A DNA stretch of 64,000 nt from Thermoproteota archaeon (GTDB lineage Archaea > Korarchaeota > JAOZGF01 > JAOZFZ01), in assembly GCA_027492035.1 (NCBI GenBank), contig JAOZFT010000004.1, positions 512,001 to 576,000 on the forward strand. Reading direction: 5' to 3'. Below, in pieces: positions 9,580-19,171 of the stretch. Every line of letters begins with the position of its first letter. Positions within the stretch are counted from its first letter, which is position 1. The notes beneath the pieces were generated by a model. It made no database searches and was not told the origin of the DNA. It was given only the letters and a program-made list of their open reading frames with translations. The translations under genes were made by a program, and so were the position numbers.

Positions 9580-9602
9580 TTTCCGAATGATTCATTCAGA
9601 AA
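9580..9602. promoter_or_regulatory. inverted repeat TTTCcGAATGA-T-TCATTCaGAAA, candidate operator
   Basis: Perfect 13-bp core with near-perfect extension, just before a TATTTAAA TATA-like box, between divergent porG and the membrane/HTH pair. Confidence 0.5.
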
Positions 9603-9648
9603 ATATTTAAACATAATTTTTTTTTTCCTTCTTTGGTGAACTTGAGCG

Positions 9649-10281
9649 ATGCTTGGTGCTCTACGTTTAGATTTGATTCTGGAATTAATCAGTGCAACTG
9701 TGAGTTTTTTAGTTGGTTATTTTTCTCTGAAAGCCTATAAAACAGTTGGAAACAAAAACTTACTCTACCTTTACTTCGGATTTATTATATTGGGTTTAGG
9801 TATGCTTTTCCGTGTAGTGTCACTAACTTTCCTTTTCGGAACTTTTAAGGCTTCAGAATTGTCTATTCCAGCCGTTAAAACACTCATAAATTACATGTCC
9901 CTAATTTACATTTTGTTGAAAATAATTTCGTACTGTTTTTTTGCATTTGTAGCGGTTGAACAAATAAAGGAGTCAAGTTTCTTACCCTTTGTTTTTTCAC
10001 TCGCACCTGTCTTCATTTACCATGCACAATTAGAGCTTATTTCTTTTGTTTTAATTTGTTTCGTTGCTATTCAGTACCTTTTCAATTTCTTAAATAAGAG
10101 AAGCATGGATAGATTACTTGTGTTTCTAGGTTTTGCTTTCATCACTATAAGCCACGTCTTCTTTGTTTTTACACCGGTAAGGACTAGTTTATTCATTTTT
10201 GGGCATGTATCCCAGTTTGTTGGTTTTATTTGTTTATTGATAATGCTTTTTAGGATAAGTGGAGTGGAAAAGGGTGCCTAA
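9649..10281 (+). CDS. ~7-TM integral membrane protein (putative sensor)
   Basis: About seven hydrophobic segments; stop overlaps the downstream HTH gene. Confidence 0.75.
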   Translation: MLGALRLDLILELISATVSFLVGYFSLKAYKTVGNKNLLYLYFGFIILGLGMLFRVVSLTFLFGTFKASELSIPAVKTLINYMSLIYILLKIISYCFFAFVAVEQIKESSFLPFVFSLAPVFIYHAQLELISFVLICFVAIQYLFNFLNKRSMDRLLVFLGFAFITISHVFFVFTPVRTSLFIFGHVSQFVGFICLLIMLFRISGVEKGA

Positions 10282-10558
10282 CAAAGCCAGATACCGTTCT
10301 AAGATAAGGATAATGGTTGACATCTTAAGGGTAGTACAGAAGGAAGGCGAAACAAGGGTTACAAAGATTCTTTATGGTGCAAATTTGTCTCATGACAGAT
10401 TAAACAAGTACTTGGGTGAACTAATGAGCAGAGGATTAGTAACTTCTTTTGATCAGGAGGGATTAACCTTCTACTCCTTAACTGATAAAGGAAAAAGGTT
10501 TCTTTTTGAGTTTAGAAAATTTGAAAGATTTGCTGAAGCATTCGGTTTAGAAATATAG
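10259..10558 (+). CDS. archaeal winged-helix transcriptional regulator (HTH_45-type)
   Basis: YRSKIRIMVDIL, TKILYGANLS, YSLTDKG; likely start GTG at 10274. Confidence 0.88.
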   Translation: MEWKRVPNKARYRSKIRIMVDILRVVQKEGETRVTKILYGANLSHDRLNKYLGELMSRGLVTSFDQEGLTFYSLTDKGKRFLFEFRKFERFAEAFGLEI

Positions 10559-10593
10559 TTTGTTCAGAAAGGCCTTTATTTTTTCAATAGGTT

Positions 10594-10875
10594 TCAACCT
10601 TTTTCCTCATCCACAAACCTTATTAAAGGTTTTTTCTCCAGCCCAATGATTTTTGCTCCAGGGTACTGCTTCTCAATGGCTTCCCTTAACTTCTCTTTAT
10701 CAATGTTTCCTTGCGTTTTAACGTGAACTACTGGTTTACCCGTGCCGTCATAAGTTACAGAGATTGAGTAGCTTCCTCCCCCTTCAGTTAACTCTCCAAT
10801 GCCCATATCTGAATCAAAGAATTCATCAAAACCGAAAAAATTGAGGAAACCCTTCCTTTTCTTCTTTCCCTCCAT
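10594..10875 (-). CDS. small hypothetical protein resembling the N-terminal region of archaeal Hsp20
   Basis: GGAGGGTGA RBS-like element upstream; FF.FDEFF and SYSISVTYDGTGKPVV segments. Confidence 0.65.
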   Translation of the reverse strand: MEGKKKRKGFLNFFGFDEFFDSDMGIGELTEGGGSYSISVTYDGTGKPVVHVKTQGNIDKEKLREAIEKQYPGAKIIGLEKKPLIRFVDEEKG

Positions 10876-11031
10876 TACATCACCCTCCTTCCATCGGGAA
10901 AGGGAGGTAAAACTTTCTTCTTTTAAATATGGGTTAAAGTTTTTACTTTATGTAAAGAATACTCTCTACCAATTAAAATTTTTTGTCTCCATTTATTTGC
11001 AGCCCTATCTCTGTGAAGAGTTTGTGGGGTA

Positions 11032-11784
11032 TTGGTGGTGTGTCCAGTGATTAAAACTTTAACATTCGATTTATGGCAAACCTTATTTCTTTTCACGAGG
11101 GAATACGGGGATAAACTGCGGAGATTACGTTCAAAAAATTTACAAATAACTTTGGGTAGGTATGGTTTCTCTGCCTCGGAAGCAGAAACAGTTTATAATT
11201 TGTTTAGGAAAGAAATGGAGAATAAGTGGCTTCTTGGTTTAGATTTAGCATCGGAGGAGAGATTCAACCTTTTTCTAAAGATTTTGAAGGGAAGGAAAGC
11301 TATAATTTGTGAAGAAGGACTATTTCAGGAGTTAGAGGGGGACATTGCACTTCCCTTTATCCAAAATCCTCCTGAAATAGAAGAGAAAGCTGTATTTGTT
11401 TTGGAAAAATTGAAAAAGGAAAACTTCAAAATAGGTTTAGTTTCCAACACTGGTGAAACTGTTGGAAAAGCAATAAAGGAAGTTCTTGACGAAAAAGGCT
11501 TAATTAACTTCTTTGATGCCCTGATTTTCTCCGATGAAGTTAAGTATAGGAAACCTAAGAAAGAAATCTTTCTGTATGCATTGAAAAAATTAAATGTTTC
11601 ACCTGAAGAAACTCTTCATGTAGGAGATGATTTAGGAACAGACATAGTTGGTGCAAAAAGTGTAGGCATGCAAACATGTCTTTTAAGAAGAAATAAAAAT
11701 GTAGAAGCTGACCTCTTGAACATAAAACCTGATTTTACGATAGAAAAATTGGCAGAGATTTTGGAAATTGTGGAAGTAACATGA
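11032..11784 (+). CDS. HAD-superfamily hydrolase (subfamily IA)
   Basis: TFDLWQTL, VSNT, FSDEVKYRKP, HVGDD...DI.GA. Confidence 0.9.
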   Translation: MVVCPVIKTLTFDLWQTLFLFTREYGDKLRRLRSKNLQITLGRYGFSASEAETVYNLFRKEMENKWLLGLDLASEERFNLFLKILKGRKAIICEEGLFQELEGDIALPFIQNPPEIEEKAVFVLEKLKKENFKIGLVSNTGETVGKAIKEVLDEKGLINFFDALIFSDEVKYRKPKKEIFLYALKKLNVSPEETLHVGDDLGTDIVGAKSVGMQTCLLRRNKNVEADLLNIKPDFTIEKLAEILEIVEVT

Positions 11785-12581
11785 TAAAGGCGTTAACCAT
11801 GAAAAATAACAATTCAGGCTTATTTAAAAGATTTAAAGGCTTTAAAAACCACGAAATATTCCAAGACTTAAAAATACCTGGAAACATTTACTTCTTTGTT
11901 CGATGTGACGGAAGGAACTTCAAAAAACTCCTTAATGAATTAGGTTTCAGAAAACCTTTTGATGAAGATTTTATGAGAAAAATGGTTGAAACAGCTAAGG
12001 AAGTTTTCAGGGCAGGCTTCAACCCCCTCATAACTTATTTATTCTCTGACGAAATAAATTTCCTTTTCTACAACCCCCCTTTCAAGGGGAGGCTTGAGAA
12101 ATTAAACTCAATTATTCCAAGCATTTTGAGTAGCAAATTAGCCCTTCTTCTGAAAGAAAGAAATAATGAACCAATAGCTTTTGATGCGCGCCTAATCTTA
12201 CTTGATAAAACAGAAATTATTAAGTACCTAAATTGGAGACAGAAAGAAGCATGGAGAAACCATAACAATAGTTACGCATTTTATCTCCTTCTTAGAAAGG
12301 GGTACACTAAAAAAGATGCCTCGAAAAAACTTCACAAACTAAAAACAGCTCAACTTCATGAACTTGTTTTTAATGAAGGGATAAACCTTGCAGAAACTCC
12401 GACTTGGCAACGGAAAGGGGTTTTAATTTACAAAAGAAAAGTAAGGAAGCAAGGTTTCAATCCTCTACTAAGAAAAAAGGTGGAGGTTGAACGTAAAATT
12501 GTATATGTAGAATTCAATCCTCCCCTTTTCGGCAGCGAAGAAGGATCAAACTTAATAAATTCAATTGTTTCATCTCCTTAA
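11781..12581 (+). CDS. thg1: tRNA(His) guanylyltransferase / Thg1-like 3'-5' polymerase
   Basis: RCDGRNF, FSDEINF, GRLEKLNS, FDAR, YLNWRQ.EAWRN, P.WQRKG. Confidence 0.93.
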   Translation: MIKALTMKNNNSGLFKRFKGFKNHEIFQDLKIPGNIYFFVRCDGRNFKKLLNELGFRKPFDEDFMRKMVETAKEVFRAGFNPLITYLFSDEINFLFYNPPFKGRLEKLNSIIPSILSSKLALLLKERNNEPIAFDARLILLDKTEIIKYLNWRQKEAWRNHNNSYAFYLLLRKGYTKKDASKKLHKLKTAQLHELVFNEGINLAETPTWQRKGVLIYKRKVRKQGFNPLLRKKVEVERKIVYVEFNPPLFGSEEGSNLINSIVSSP

Positions 12582-12616
12582 CTTCAAAATCTAAAAAAGG
12601 GTGGAGGAAGGAGGTT

Positions 12617-13267
12617 TTGAGCATTAAAACAAGAATTATCGATTACTATCTCACCTTTTTACATCAGTTTCAACCTAGGAGAACGGTTAAAATTTTGGGG
12701 AGAAAATTTATTGTATGCCCAAAAGTTTTCAGTCCCACAGGAGTAGTTTCTACAAGTTTCTTCATTAAACACATGAGAATAAAGGAGACAGATGTAGTAG
12801 CGGAAATAGGTTGCGGAGCAGGTGTCCTTTCAGTTTTTGCAGCCTTAAAAGCAAGAAAAGTTTTCGCTACGGACATAAATCCCTACGCTGTAAAATGCAC
12901 GAAAATAAATGCTGAAATAAACTTTGTTAATGTTCATGTGAAACTCGGAGACCTGTTTACCCCCCTCCCTTCAAAGCTTAGATTCACCGTAGTAATAACC
13001 AATCCCCCTTATCTCCCACTTAGGCCGTTAACCTTGTTAGAGAAAGCATGGTGCGGTGGGGAAAAACTAAATTTCTTAGAAAAATTTTTTAAGGAGGCAC
13101 CTAAACATTTAAGCAAAAACGGAAACATACAATTTACAGCTTCAACTCTTTCCGGCATAGAAAGAGTTAAGGAATTACTGAGGAAGAGAAACTTTTCATA
13201 TTCCATAATAGCTAAAACAAAAACACCTATCGATGAAATATACTTTTTTAAAGCATGGAGGAAATAA
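12617..13267 (+). CDS. HemK2/PrmC-like SAM-dependent methyltransferase
   Basis: EIGCGAG, TDINP, GDLF, NPPY. Confidence 0.85.
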   Translation: MSIKTRIIDYYLTFLHQFQPRRTVKILGRKFIVCPKVFSPTGVVSTSFFIKHMRIKETDVVAEIGCGAGVLSVFAALKARKVFATDINPYAVKCTKINAEINFVNVHVKLGDLFTPLPSKLRFTVVITNPPYLPLRPLTLLEKAWCGGEKLNFLEKFFKEAPKHLSKNGNIQFTASTLSGIERVKELLRKRNFSYSIIAKTKTPIDEIYFFKAWRK

Positions 13268-13282
13268 AGAAGTTTTAAAGCT

Positions 13283-13807
13283 TTGCAGTGGAAGTATGGT
13301 ACATTTAAAAACTTAAAATTTAAAAGAAGTAAAGAAGGGTGTGCGTGGCTGAAAATGGAAAAATATGAAATAATAAGTATTCCCATTATAGTTGCTTTAA
13401 CAATGCTTGGTTCACCTTTTCTAGGCGTCTTTGCAGCAGGTTTCTTAATAGGTTTCGCCGGAAGAAGAGAAAATAAAATAAAAAACATCTTCTCTTCAAT
13501 GTATCGTTCCTTTTTCTTCAGCACAATAGGTGCTGTTTGTTCAGTAGCTGTAGTGGGTGGTGCACTGTACATCAGTTTATTCATAATTGAAACAGTGAGG
13601 CTTTACCTCAGCATACCCCCCATTACTTTAGGGACTTTACCTCTAACAAAATTTTTCCTTGTTTCCTTTTTATCAGTGTCTATTATTTTAATGCTTCTGT
13701 CAGGAATAATTGGAGGACTAGGTGGAGCATTAGGTTTTTATGCCTCCAATTACCTACTTTCACCTATCGAACACAATCCGGAAAAGGAAGAAAACACCTC
13801 AGACTAA
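13283..13807 (+). CDS. small multi-pass membrane protein
   Basis: About four hydrophobic helices with GxxxG repeats (GIIGGLGGALG); real start probably the internal ATG (MEKYE). Confidence 0.65.
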   Translation: MQWKYGTFKNLKFKRSKEGCAWLKMEKYEIISIPIIVALTMLGSPFLGVFAAGFLIGFAGRRENKIKNIFSSMYRSFFFSTIGAVCSVAVVGGALYISLFIIETVRLYLSIPPITLGTLPLTKFFLVSFLSVSIILMLLSGIIGGLGGALGFYASNYLLSPIEHNPEKEENTSD

Positions 13808-13879
13808 AAACTTAATAATGCAGAGAAGTTTTCCTTTTTTTAAAAAAAGAAGAAGTGTAAATGAATGGAGTAAAGTAAA

Positions 13880-15004
13880 ATGTTAGTTTCTGATTTCCCA
13901 AAAAGAAAAGTACATAGAATAAATGGAAATAACACAGTTTCTGAAGCTATAAGTTTAATGGAGAAAACGAGCCCAAGGGCACTTTTTGTTTTCGAAAACA
14001 AAACATTTAAGGGAGTTGTGACTCAAAAAGAACTTTTGGGGATAGTTAAACCCCATAAAACAAAAATTTCAGCTGTTTATAGGTCATCTCCAAAACTAAG
14101 CCCCTCCACCACGGTAGAAGAAGCAGCAAGGCTAATGGTGGAAAACGACTTAGAGGTCTTACCATTAATGAAAAATAAACAAATAACTGGTGCAGTAGTC
14201 ATTGATGACGTCTTAAAAGCCTTGGTGAAAGGAGAATTCCAAAGAGTGAAAATAAAGGAAATAGGGGAAAAAGAAGTTGTAACGGTAAATCCTCAAGATA
14301 AACTAATGAAGGCTTATGAAATGTTTAAAAAGTACCATTTCTCATGTTTACCGGTCACAAAAAACAAAAAATTAGTTGGGATCATAATCTACGACACTAT
14401 TGCTCAAATATTCGGCAAGCCTCAATCAAGGCTTTCCTTCGGTGAATTTACAGGAGAAAAAATAAAACCTCTAGAAACACCTATCTTTTCAATTATAGAT
14501 CCTGTCACAGCAACTAGTACAGGAGAATCCACTTTGAAAGAAGCAATAGATACAATGTTAAAAAATCACATTTCCCATTTAGTAATCACAGACACAAAGG
14601 GGAAAGTGCAAGGTATATTAACGAAAAAGGACGTGCTACGTTACATCTTAGCTAAGAAAGAAAAAAGGAAACTGAGAATCCAGTTTTCAGGGGACGTTGA
14701 TAAAATAGAAGATTTACAAAAAGAAGAAGCGAAGTCTCTAGTGGAAAAATTAAATACGAAAATAGGTGTCGAGCCAGGGAGCACAATGTTTGTAAATGTT
14801 AAAGTTAGAGGAACAAATGAAAACCCGCAATTCATTGTTAAACTAAGGCTTTCAACACCTAAATCAAGAATATCGGCCGAAGAAGTAAATTGGGCTTTTG
14901 ACACAGCTTTTGAAACAGCTTTAAGCCGTATTGAAAGACAAGTACTGAAAAAATTAGGGAAGGAAAGAACTCTACATAGGCAAGAAACAAAAAGATATGT
15001 TTAA
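13880..15004 (+). CDS. four-CBS-domain protein fused to a C-terminal HPF/RaiA-like domain (putative ribosome hibernation factor)
   Basis: Four CBS repeats; C-terminal RIQFSG...FIVKLRLSTPKSRISAEEVNWAFDTAFETALSRIERQVLK matches the HPF/RaiA pattern. Confidence 0.8.
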   Translation: MLVSDFPKRKVHRINGNNTVSEAISLMEKTSPRALFVFENKTFKGVVTQKELLGIVKPHKTKISAVYRSSPKLSPSTTVEEAARLMVENDLEVLPLMKNKQITGAVVIDDVLKALVKGEFQRVKIKEIGEKEVVTVNPQDKLMKAYEMFKKYHFSCLPVTKNKKLVGIIIYDTIAQIFGKPQSRLSFGEFTGEKIKPLETPIFSIIDPVTATSTGESTLKEAIDTMLKNHISHLVITDTKGKVQGILTKKDVLRYILAKKEKRKLRIQFSGDVDKIEDLQKEEAKSLVEKLNTKIGVEPGSTMFVNVKVRGTNENPQFIVKLRLSTPKSRISAEEVNWAFDTAFETALSRIERQVLKKLGKERTLHRQETKRYV

Positions 15005-15037
15005 CAACCCAAAACTTAGGAGGAAGGTGTTTCCCAC

Positions 15038-16225
15038 TTGTCAAGTAAAGAAAACTATGAATTGAAACTTTTAAGTAAACTTGTTGAGTTTGACACAAAC
15101 TCCATAGAAAAAAATTATGTTGAATGCTCTAAATTTATTGCTAAAGAGCTTGAAAGAATAGATTTAGAGACAGAAGTGATAGATCCACGTGAAAAGGGGG
15201 AAAGCAAGGTAACTATCCCAAACATTGTTTCAAGAATAAATGTTGGAGCTGAAAAAACAGTGGCAATAGCGGTACATTACGACGTGGTTCCAGCTGAAGG
15301 AAAATGGAAATATCCCCCCTTTAAATTAACAGTGGAAAACGGAAAAGCTTATGGAAGAGGTGCTTCAGATGATAAAGGATCAATTGCCGCTTTGATTGCA
15401 GCCATTAAAGAAATAAACTTAAAGAAACTAAAATATAACGTGGTAATGTTAGTAACAGCTGAAGAAGAAGTTGGAGGGAAACTGGGTTTAGGTTACACAC
15501 TAAAAAACTTGAAAGAAAAAATAGATTACGCCATTATACTTGACGCAAGTCCCTTATTCGTCAGTGTAGGAGCCAGTGGAATAATATGGGGCAAAATATT
15601 GGTTAAAGGTAGAGGAGGACATGCCGGTTATCCCTTCAAAGCCGACAATCCAATAATGAAGGCTTCAAAAATAATTCTTAAACTTGAAAAATACAGAGAA
15701 AAAATTGCTAAAAAGAAAAGTAAAATCAAAGCTCCACCTGGTACCCCATCCAGAAACCTTTACCCTAGATTCACCGTAACAATGGTTAAGGCATGGGAGA
15801 AAGAGAATGTTATTCCTTCAACATGTGAACTTCGATTTGACAGGAGATTAATACCTGAAGAAAGGAAAGAAGAAGTAGTTAAGGAATTAGAGCAAGAAAT
15901 AAATAAAATAGGCAATGAATTAAATGTTGAGGCAGAATTCACAGTTTTAAGCAAAGGAAACGGTTACGCTACAGACCCAAACCTTTCTTTCGTTAAAGAA
16001 TTTAAGGGAGTAGTGGAAAAGGTAACAGGTGAAAAAATTCCACTTTGCGGTGAACTAGGGGGAAATGATGGACATTTCTTTGCTAAAAGGAAGATTCCAG
16101 TGATATGTTTTGGAAACATTAGGCCCAGCAATAACATTCACACAGTGAACGAACACGTAAACCTTTCTGATCTTAAACTCGTGAAAAACGTGATCATAAA
16201 CTTCCTTCAGCTAAAAACACTTTAA
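15038..16225 (+). CDS. M20 family metallo-hydrolase (ArgE/DapE-like)
   Basis: HYDVVP, YGRGASDDKG, EEEVGG, G.GGHA, NIHTVNE. Confidence 0.92.
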   Translation: MSSKENYELKLLSKLVEFDTNSIEKNYVECSKFIAKELERIDLETEVIDPREKGESKVTIPNIVSRINVGAEKTVAIAVHYDVVPAEGKWKYPPFKLTVENGKAYGRGASDDKGSIAALIAAIKEINLKKLKYNVVMLVTAEEEVGGKLGLGYTLKNLKEKIDYAIILDASPLFVSVGASGIIWGKILVKGRGGHAGYPFKADNPIMKASKIILKLEKYREKIAKKKSKIKAPPGTPSRNLYPRFTVTMVKAWEKENVIPSTCELRFDRRLIPEERKEEVVKELEQEINKIGNELNVEAEFTVLSKGNGYATDPNLSFVKEFKGVVEKVTGEKIPLCGELGGNDGHFFAKRKIPVICFGNIRPSNNIHTVNEHVNLSDLKLVKNVIINFLQLKTL

Positions 16226-16618
16226 TTTGGTACATTTCAACATTTATGTGTCATGAGCACTTAAGAATTCATACATCCTTTACACTCTCTCTTAATTAAC
16301 CTATGTCCCCCTTTGTTTCAATTCTCCCTTGAACTTTTCGCTTCTTGCCCACATCTGGAGATATCTGGCACTAGCGCTAAAGACTCATAACTCCCTTTTT
16401 TCCGTAATCCTCTTCATCAAAAAATCAATATAAGCCAATATAAATCCACCATGAAACACCTGCAGAAACTTACTAATTCTGAAACTGTTTCTTTGCCCTT
16501 CTCACTTGCACTCCATCCACTTTTAAAGTTTTTGAAACATTCCTCCTTGATTACTTGATGTTACAGGATGGTTTGTGTTTAAAAAGATCTGCAGAAAACA
16601 TTCTAAATTTACGAAAAA

Positions 16619-17449
16619 TTGAAAAACATGTTCATTCTACTTAAGAAGAATAATTTCTTAGAGAAATGCAAAGAAGAAGTAAGAAGTGATGTTATGTCCT
16701 ATGCAATAGAGGTCAGGGATCTAACAAGGAAATATGGGGAACTTGTGGCGGTTGATCATATCAGCTTTCAAGTTGAAGAAGGGGAGCTGTTCGGTTTTCT
16801 AGGTCCTAATGGGGCAGGGAAAACCACAACCATTAAAATACTTACGGGCATCATAAAACCCACTTCTGGCTCCGCCAAAATCTACGGTTATGATTTATTA
16901 GAAAACCCGTTGAAAGTAAAGAGTATCATAGGTTACACACCAGAATACCCAATCCTCTACGATACATTAACAGCTAGGGAGTTCCTAGATTTCGTGGCAG
17001 CTCTTCACAATGTGCCTCGAACACATAGAGCTGAGAGGGTTCAGGAGATAATCGACCTCTTTGGGTTAACAGATGAGGCGGATCAACAATTGAAAAGTTT
17101 CTCAAAGGGGATGAAGAGAAAAGTAACTTTAGCAGCTGCTTTCATTCATAGACCCAAGCTTGTTTTTTTGGATGAACCAACAATGGGTCTAGATGCCAAA
17201 ACAGCTCGCTTTATTAAGGATTTATTGAAGGAATTTGTAAAGCTGGGTAAAACCGTCTTTATGACCACTCATGTGTTAGAGATAGCTGAAAAAATTTGTG
17301 AAAAAGTTGCAATAATAAATAGGGGGAAGATAATCGCTATAGGCACCCTAAATGAGCTTAGAGCAAAAGAAAAACTTTATAGTTTGGAAGATATATTCCT
17401 TAAATTGACTGGAAGCCTTGAAGAGAAAGACTTAGCTAAATATCTTTAA
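16619..17449 (+). CDS. ABC-2 type exporter ATP-binding protein
   Basis: GPNGAGKTT, FSKGMK, FLDEPT; likely start ATG at 16694. Confidence 0.95.
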   Translation: MKNMFILLKKNNFLEKCKEEVRSDVMSYAIEVRDLTRKYGELVAVDHISFQVEEGELFGFLGPNGAGKTTTIKILTGIIKPTSGSAKIYGYDLLENPLKVKSIIGYTPEYPILYDTLTAREFLDFVAALHNVPRTHRAERVQEIIDLFGLTDEADQQLKSFSKGMKRKVTLAAAFIHRPKLVFLDEPTMGLDAKTARFIKDLLKEFVKLGKTVFMTTHVLEIAEKICEKVAIINRGKIIAIGTLNELRAKEKLYSLEDIFLKLTGSLEEKDLAKYL

Positions 17450-17470
17450 AAAAAGGCGCAGGCGGGATAA

Positions 17471-19138
17471 ATGATCAATTGGGAAACAGTTTTTAATTTG
17501 GTAAACGTTGAAGCTAAATTTCTTCTCAGGCAAAATCCTTACGGGAGAAAGATGAGTGTTTTTTTAATAATGTTTATGAACGCAATTTTTTCTTTTCTAC
17601 TTGGTTTGGCGGGTTTAGGCGTCAATTTCTTGTTGAAAGCGGGGATTCTTCCCAAGGAGCTGATTTCAAACATGGTTTTAGTAGCCATGAACATTTTACT
17701 ATTTGTGGTGTTTTTCTTCGGTGTTATTGAATCTTTAGCTGTTTTTTCAAGGGATTCCGACCTTTACATCCTCACACCTTCCCCTGTCAATGTAAGCGAC
17801 ATAGTATTGGGGAAAACCCTGTGGATTTATTTCTCTTTCCTAATTTATGTTTTAGCATCTGTTTCTGTTTTTTTCGCTTTTTTAACTGAATTCCTTGGTT
17901 ATTTATGGTTTTTGGGGGTTTTTCTAAGTTCTTTAACAGTTATTTTTATAGGGTCCTGTTTCTCTGTTTTAGTTGGAATCTTACTTCTAAAACTTATAAC
18001 CCCGAAAAAATTGAAAAATAAGCTTTACGTTCTGATTTCCTTCCTTTCTATATTTACCTATTTTATTTTTCAATTTTCTATCGGTAAATTTGCTGAGAAA
18101 CCTCATGAATTAATTAGTTTTCTCACTTTTAATCCGAAAAGCTTGTTTCTTTACTTATCTCCGGCTTCTTGGAGTTACTTATTTACAAATGGGCTACTGA
18201 GCTTTTCGTTAACAGCTTTGACAGGTTTCCTGGGTTTAACGTTTTTCGCACTCCTTTCCTTCGAAATAAGTTACCTCTTCTCCACTAAAAATTATCAATC
18301 AATCCTTTATGGTTTAGATTTGGTTCCTGTAAAAACTTTAAAGAAAAAGCAAGTGGTAAAGTATCCTCTACACTTTTTAAAATATTTAATAAACGAAAAA
18401 ACATATTTTTTCTTCCTTAATGAAGCGAAGTTCACGAAAAGAGACGTTTACCGCCTAATGAATCTTTTAATGTCAACCATATGGATAATTTTCGCTTTAA
18501 TCCCTATTTTTTCAAGTGGGCCAACTTCAACGAACACATCTTTTGCTACTCATAAGTTGCCCATGTCCTTTTTTTTGGGAATGATTGGTCTTGTTTCGTT
18601 AGTTGTGGGGATCCTTGCTGCTCAAAGTATAGGGTTTGAAGGAGACGCCTTCCAAGTAATTAAATCCTTACCAGTAAAAGGTAAAAACGTAGTTGTAGGT
18701 AAATGGCTATTTTATTTATTTTCAGCCCTAATTCTTTTAGTTATAAATTTCCTCCTCATCTCAGTGATTTTTTCAAAAGTTTTTTCAGTAACCTTTAAAT
18801 TATCTGTTACTCTTTTAACGTTTATATCTTTAGTTATAGGGTCAATAGGGGTTGTTTCATTTAACATGTTTGTAGCTGTTTCTTTTCCTAACTTTAAAGG
18901 AGTCACCACTTCCTTTTTCGGTTCAAGAAGGCAAGGTGTAACGTTTATAGGAGGCTTACTTTCCACCTTCCTCCCAATGGCTCTCTTTTTCTTTCCTTTC
19001 CTCCTTTACCCCCTCATAACCACATTTATTAATTTACCTGAGTGGTTACTGCTTTTGCCAGGGTTTATCATGTTTATTATTGGTTTAATAGCTTTTAAAG
19101 CAGCCTTTAAAAGAGTGGAAGAGTTAGAAGTCAAATAG
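17471..19138 (+). CDS. ABC exporter permease (duplicated ABC-2 type, ~12-14 TM)
   Basis: Highly hydrophobic; internal repeat of the S-x-P-V-...-GK motif; follows the ATPase gene. Confidence 0.85.
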   Translation: MINWETVFNLVNVEAKFLLRQNPYGRKMSVFLIMFMNAIFSFLLGLAGLGVNFLLKAGILPKELISNMVLVAMNILLFVVFFFGVIESLAVFSRDSDLYILTPSPVNVSDIVLGKTLWIYFSFLIYVLASVSVFFAFLTEFLGYLWFLGVFLSSLTVIFIGSCFSVLVGILLLKLITPKKLKNKLYVLISFLSIFTYFIFQFSIGKFAEKPHELISFLTFNPKSLFLYLSPASWSYLFTNGLLSFSLTALTGFLGLTFFALLSFEISYLFSTKNYQSILYGLDLVPVKTLKKKQVVKYPLHFLKYLINEKTYFFFLNEAKFTKRDVYRLMNLLMSTIWIIFALIPIFSSGPTSTNTSFATHKLPMSFFLGMIGLVSLVVGILAAQSIGFEGDAFQVIKSLPVKGKNVVVGKWLFYLFSALILLVINFLLISVIFSKVFSVTFKLSVTLLTFISLVIGSIGVVSFNMFVAVSFPNFKGVTTSFFGSRRQGVTFIGGLLSTFLPMALFFFPFLLYPLITTFINLPEWLLLLPGFIMFIIGLIAFKAAFKRVEELEVK

Positions 19139-19171
19139 CAACTTTTTCAAGGGAAAGAGGAAGAAAATAAG

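Noticed and set aside
11781-12581. Pyrrolysine or stop read-through in Thg1, as known in some Methanosarcina
   Set aside because: The ORF is uninterrupted, with no in-frame TAG
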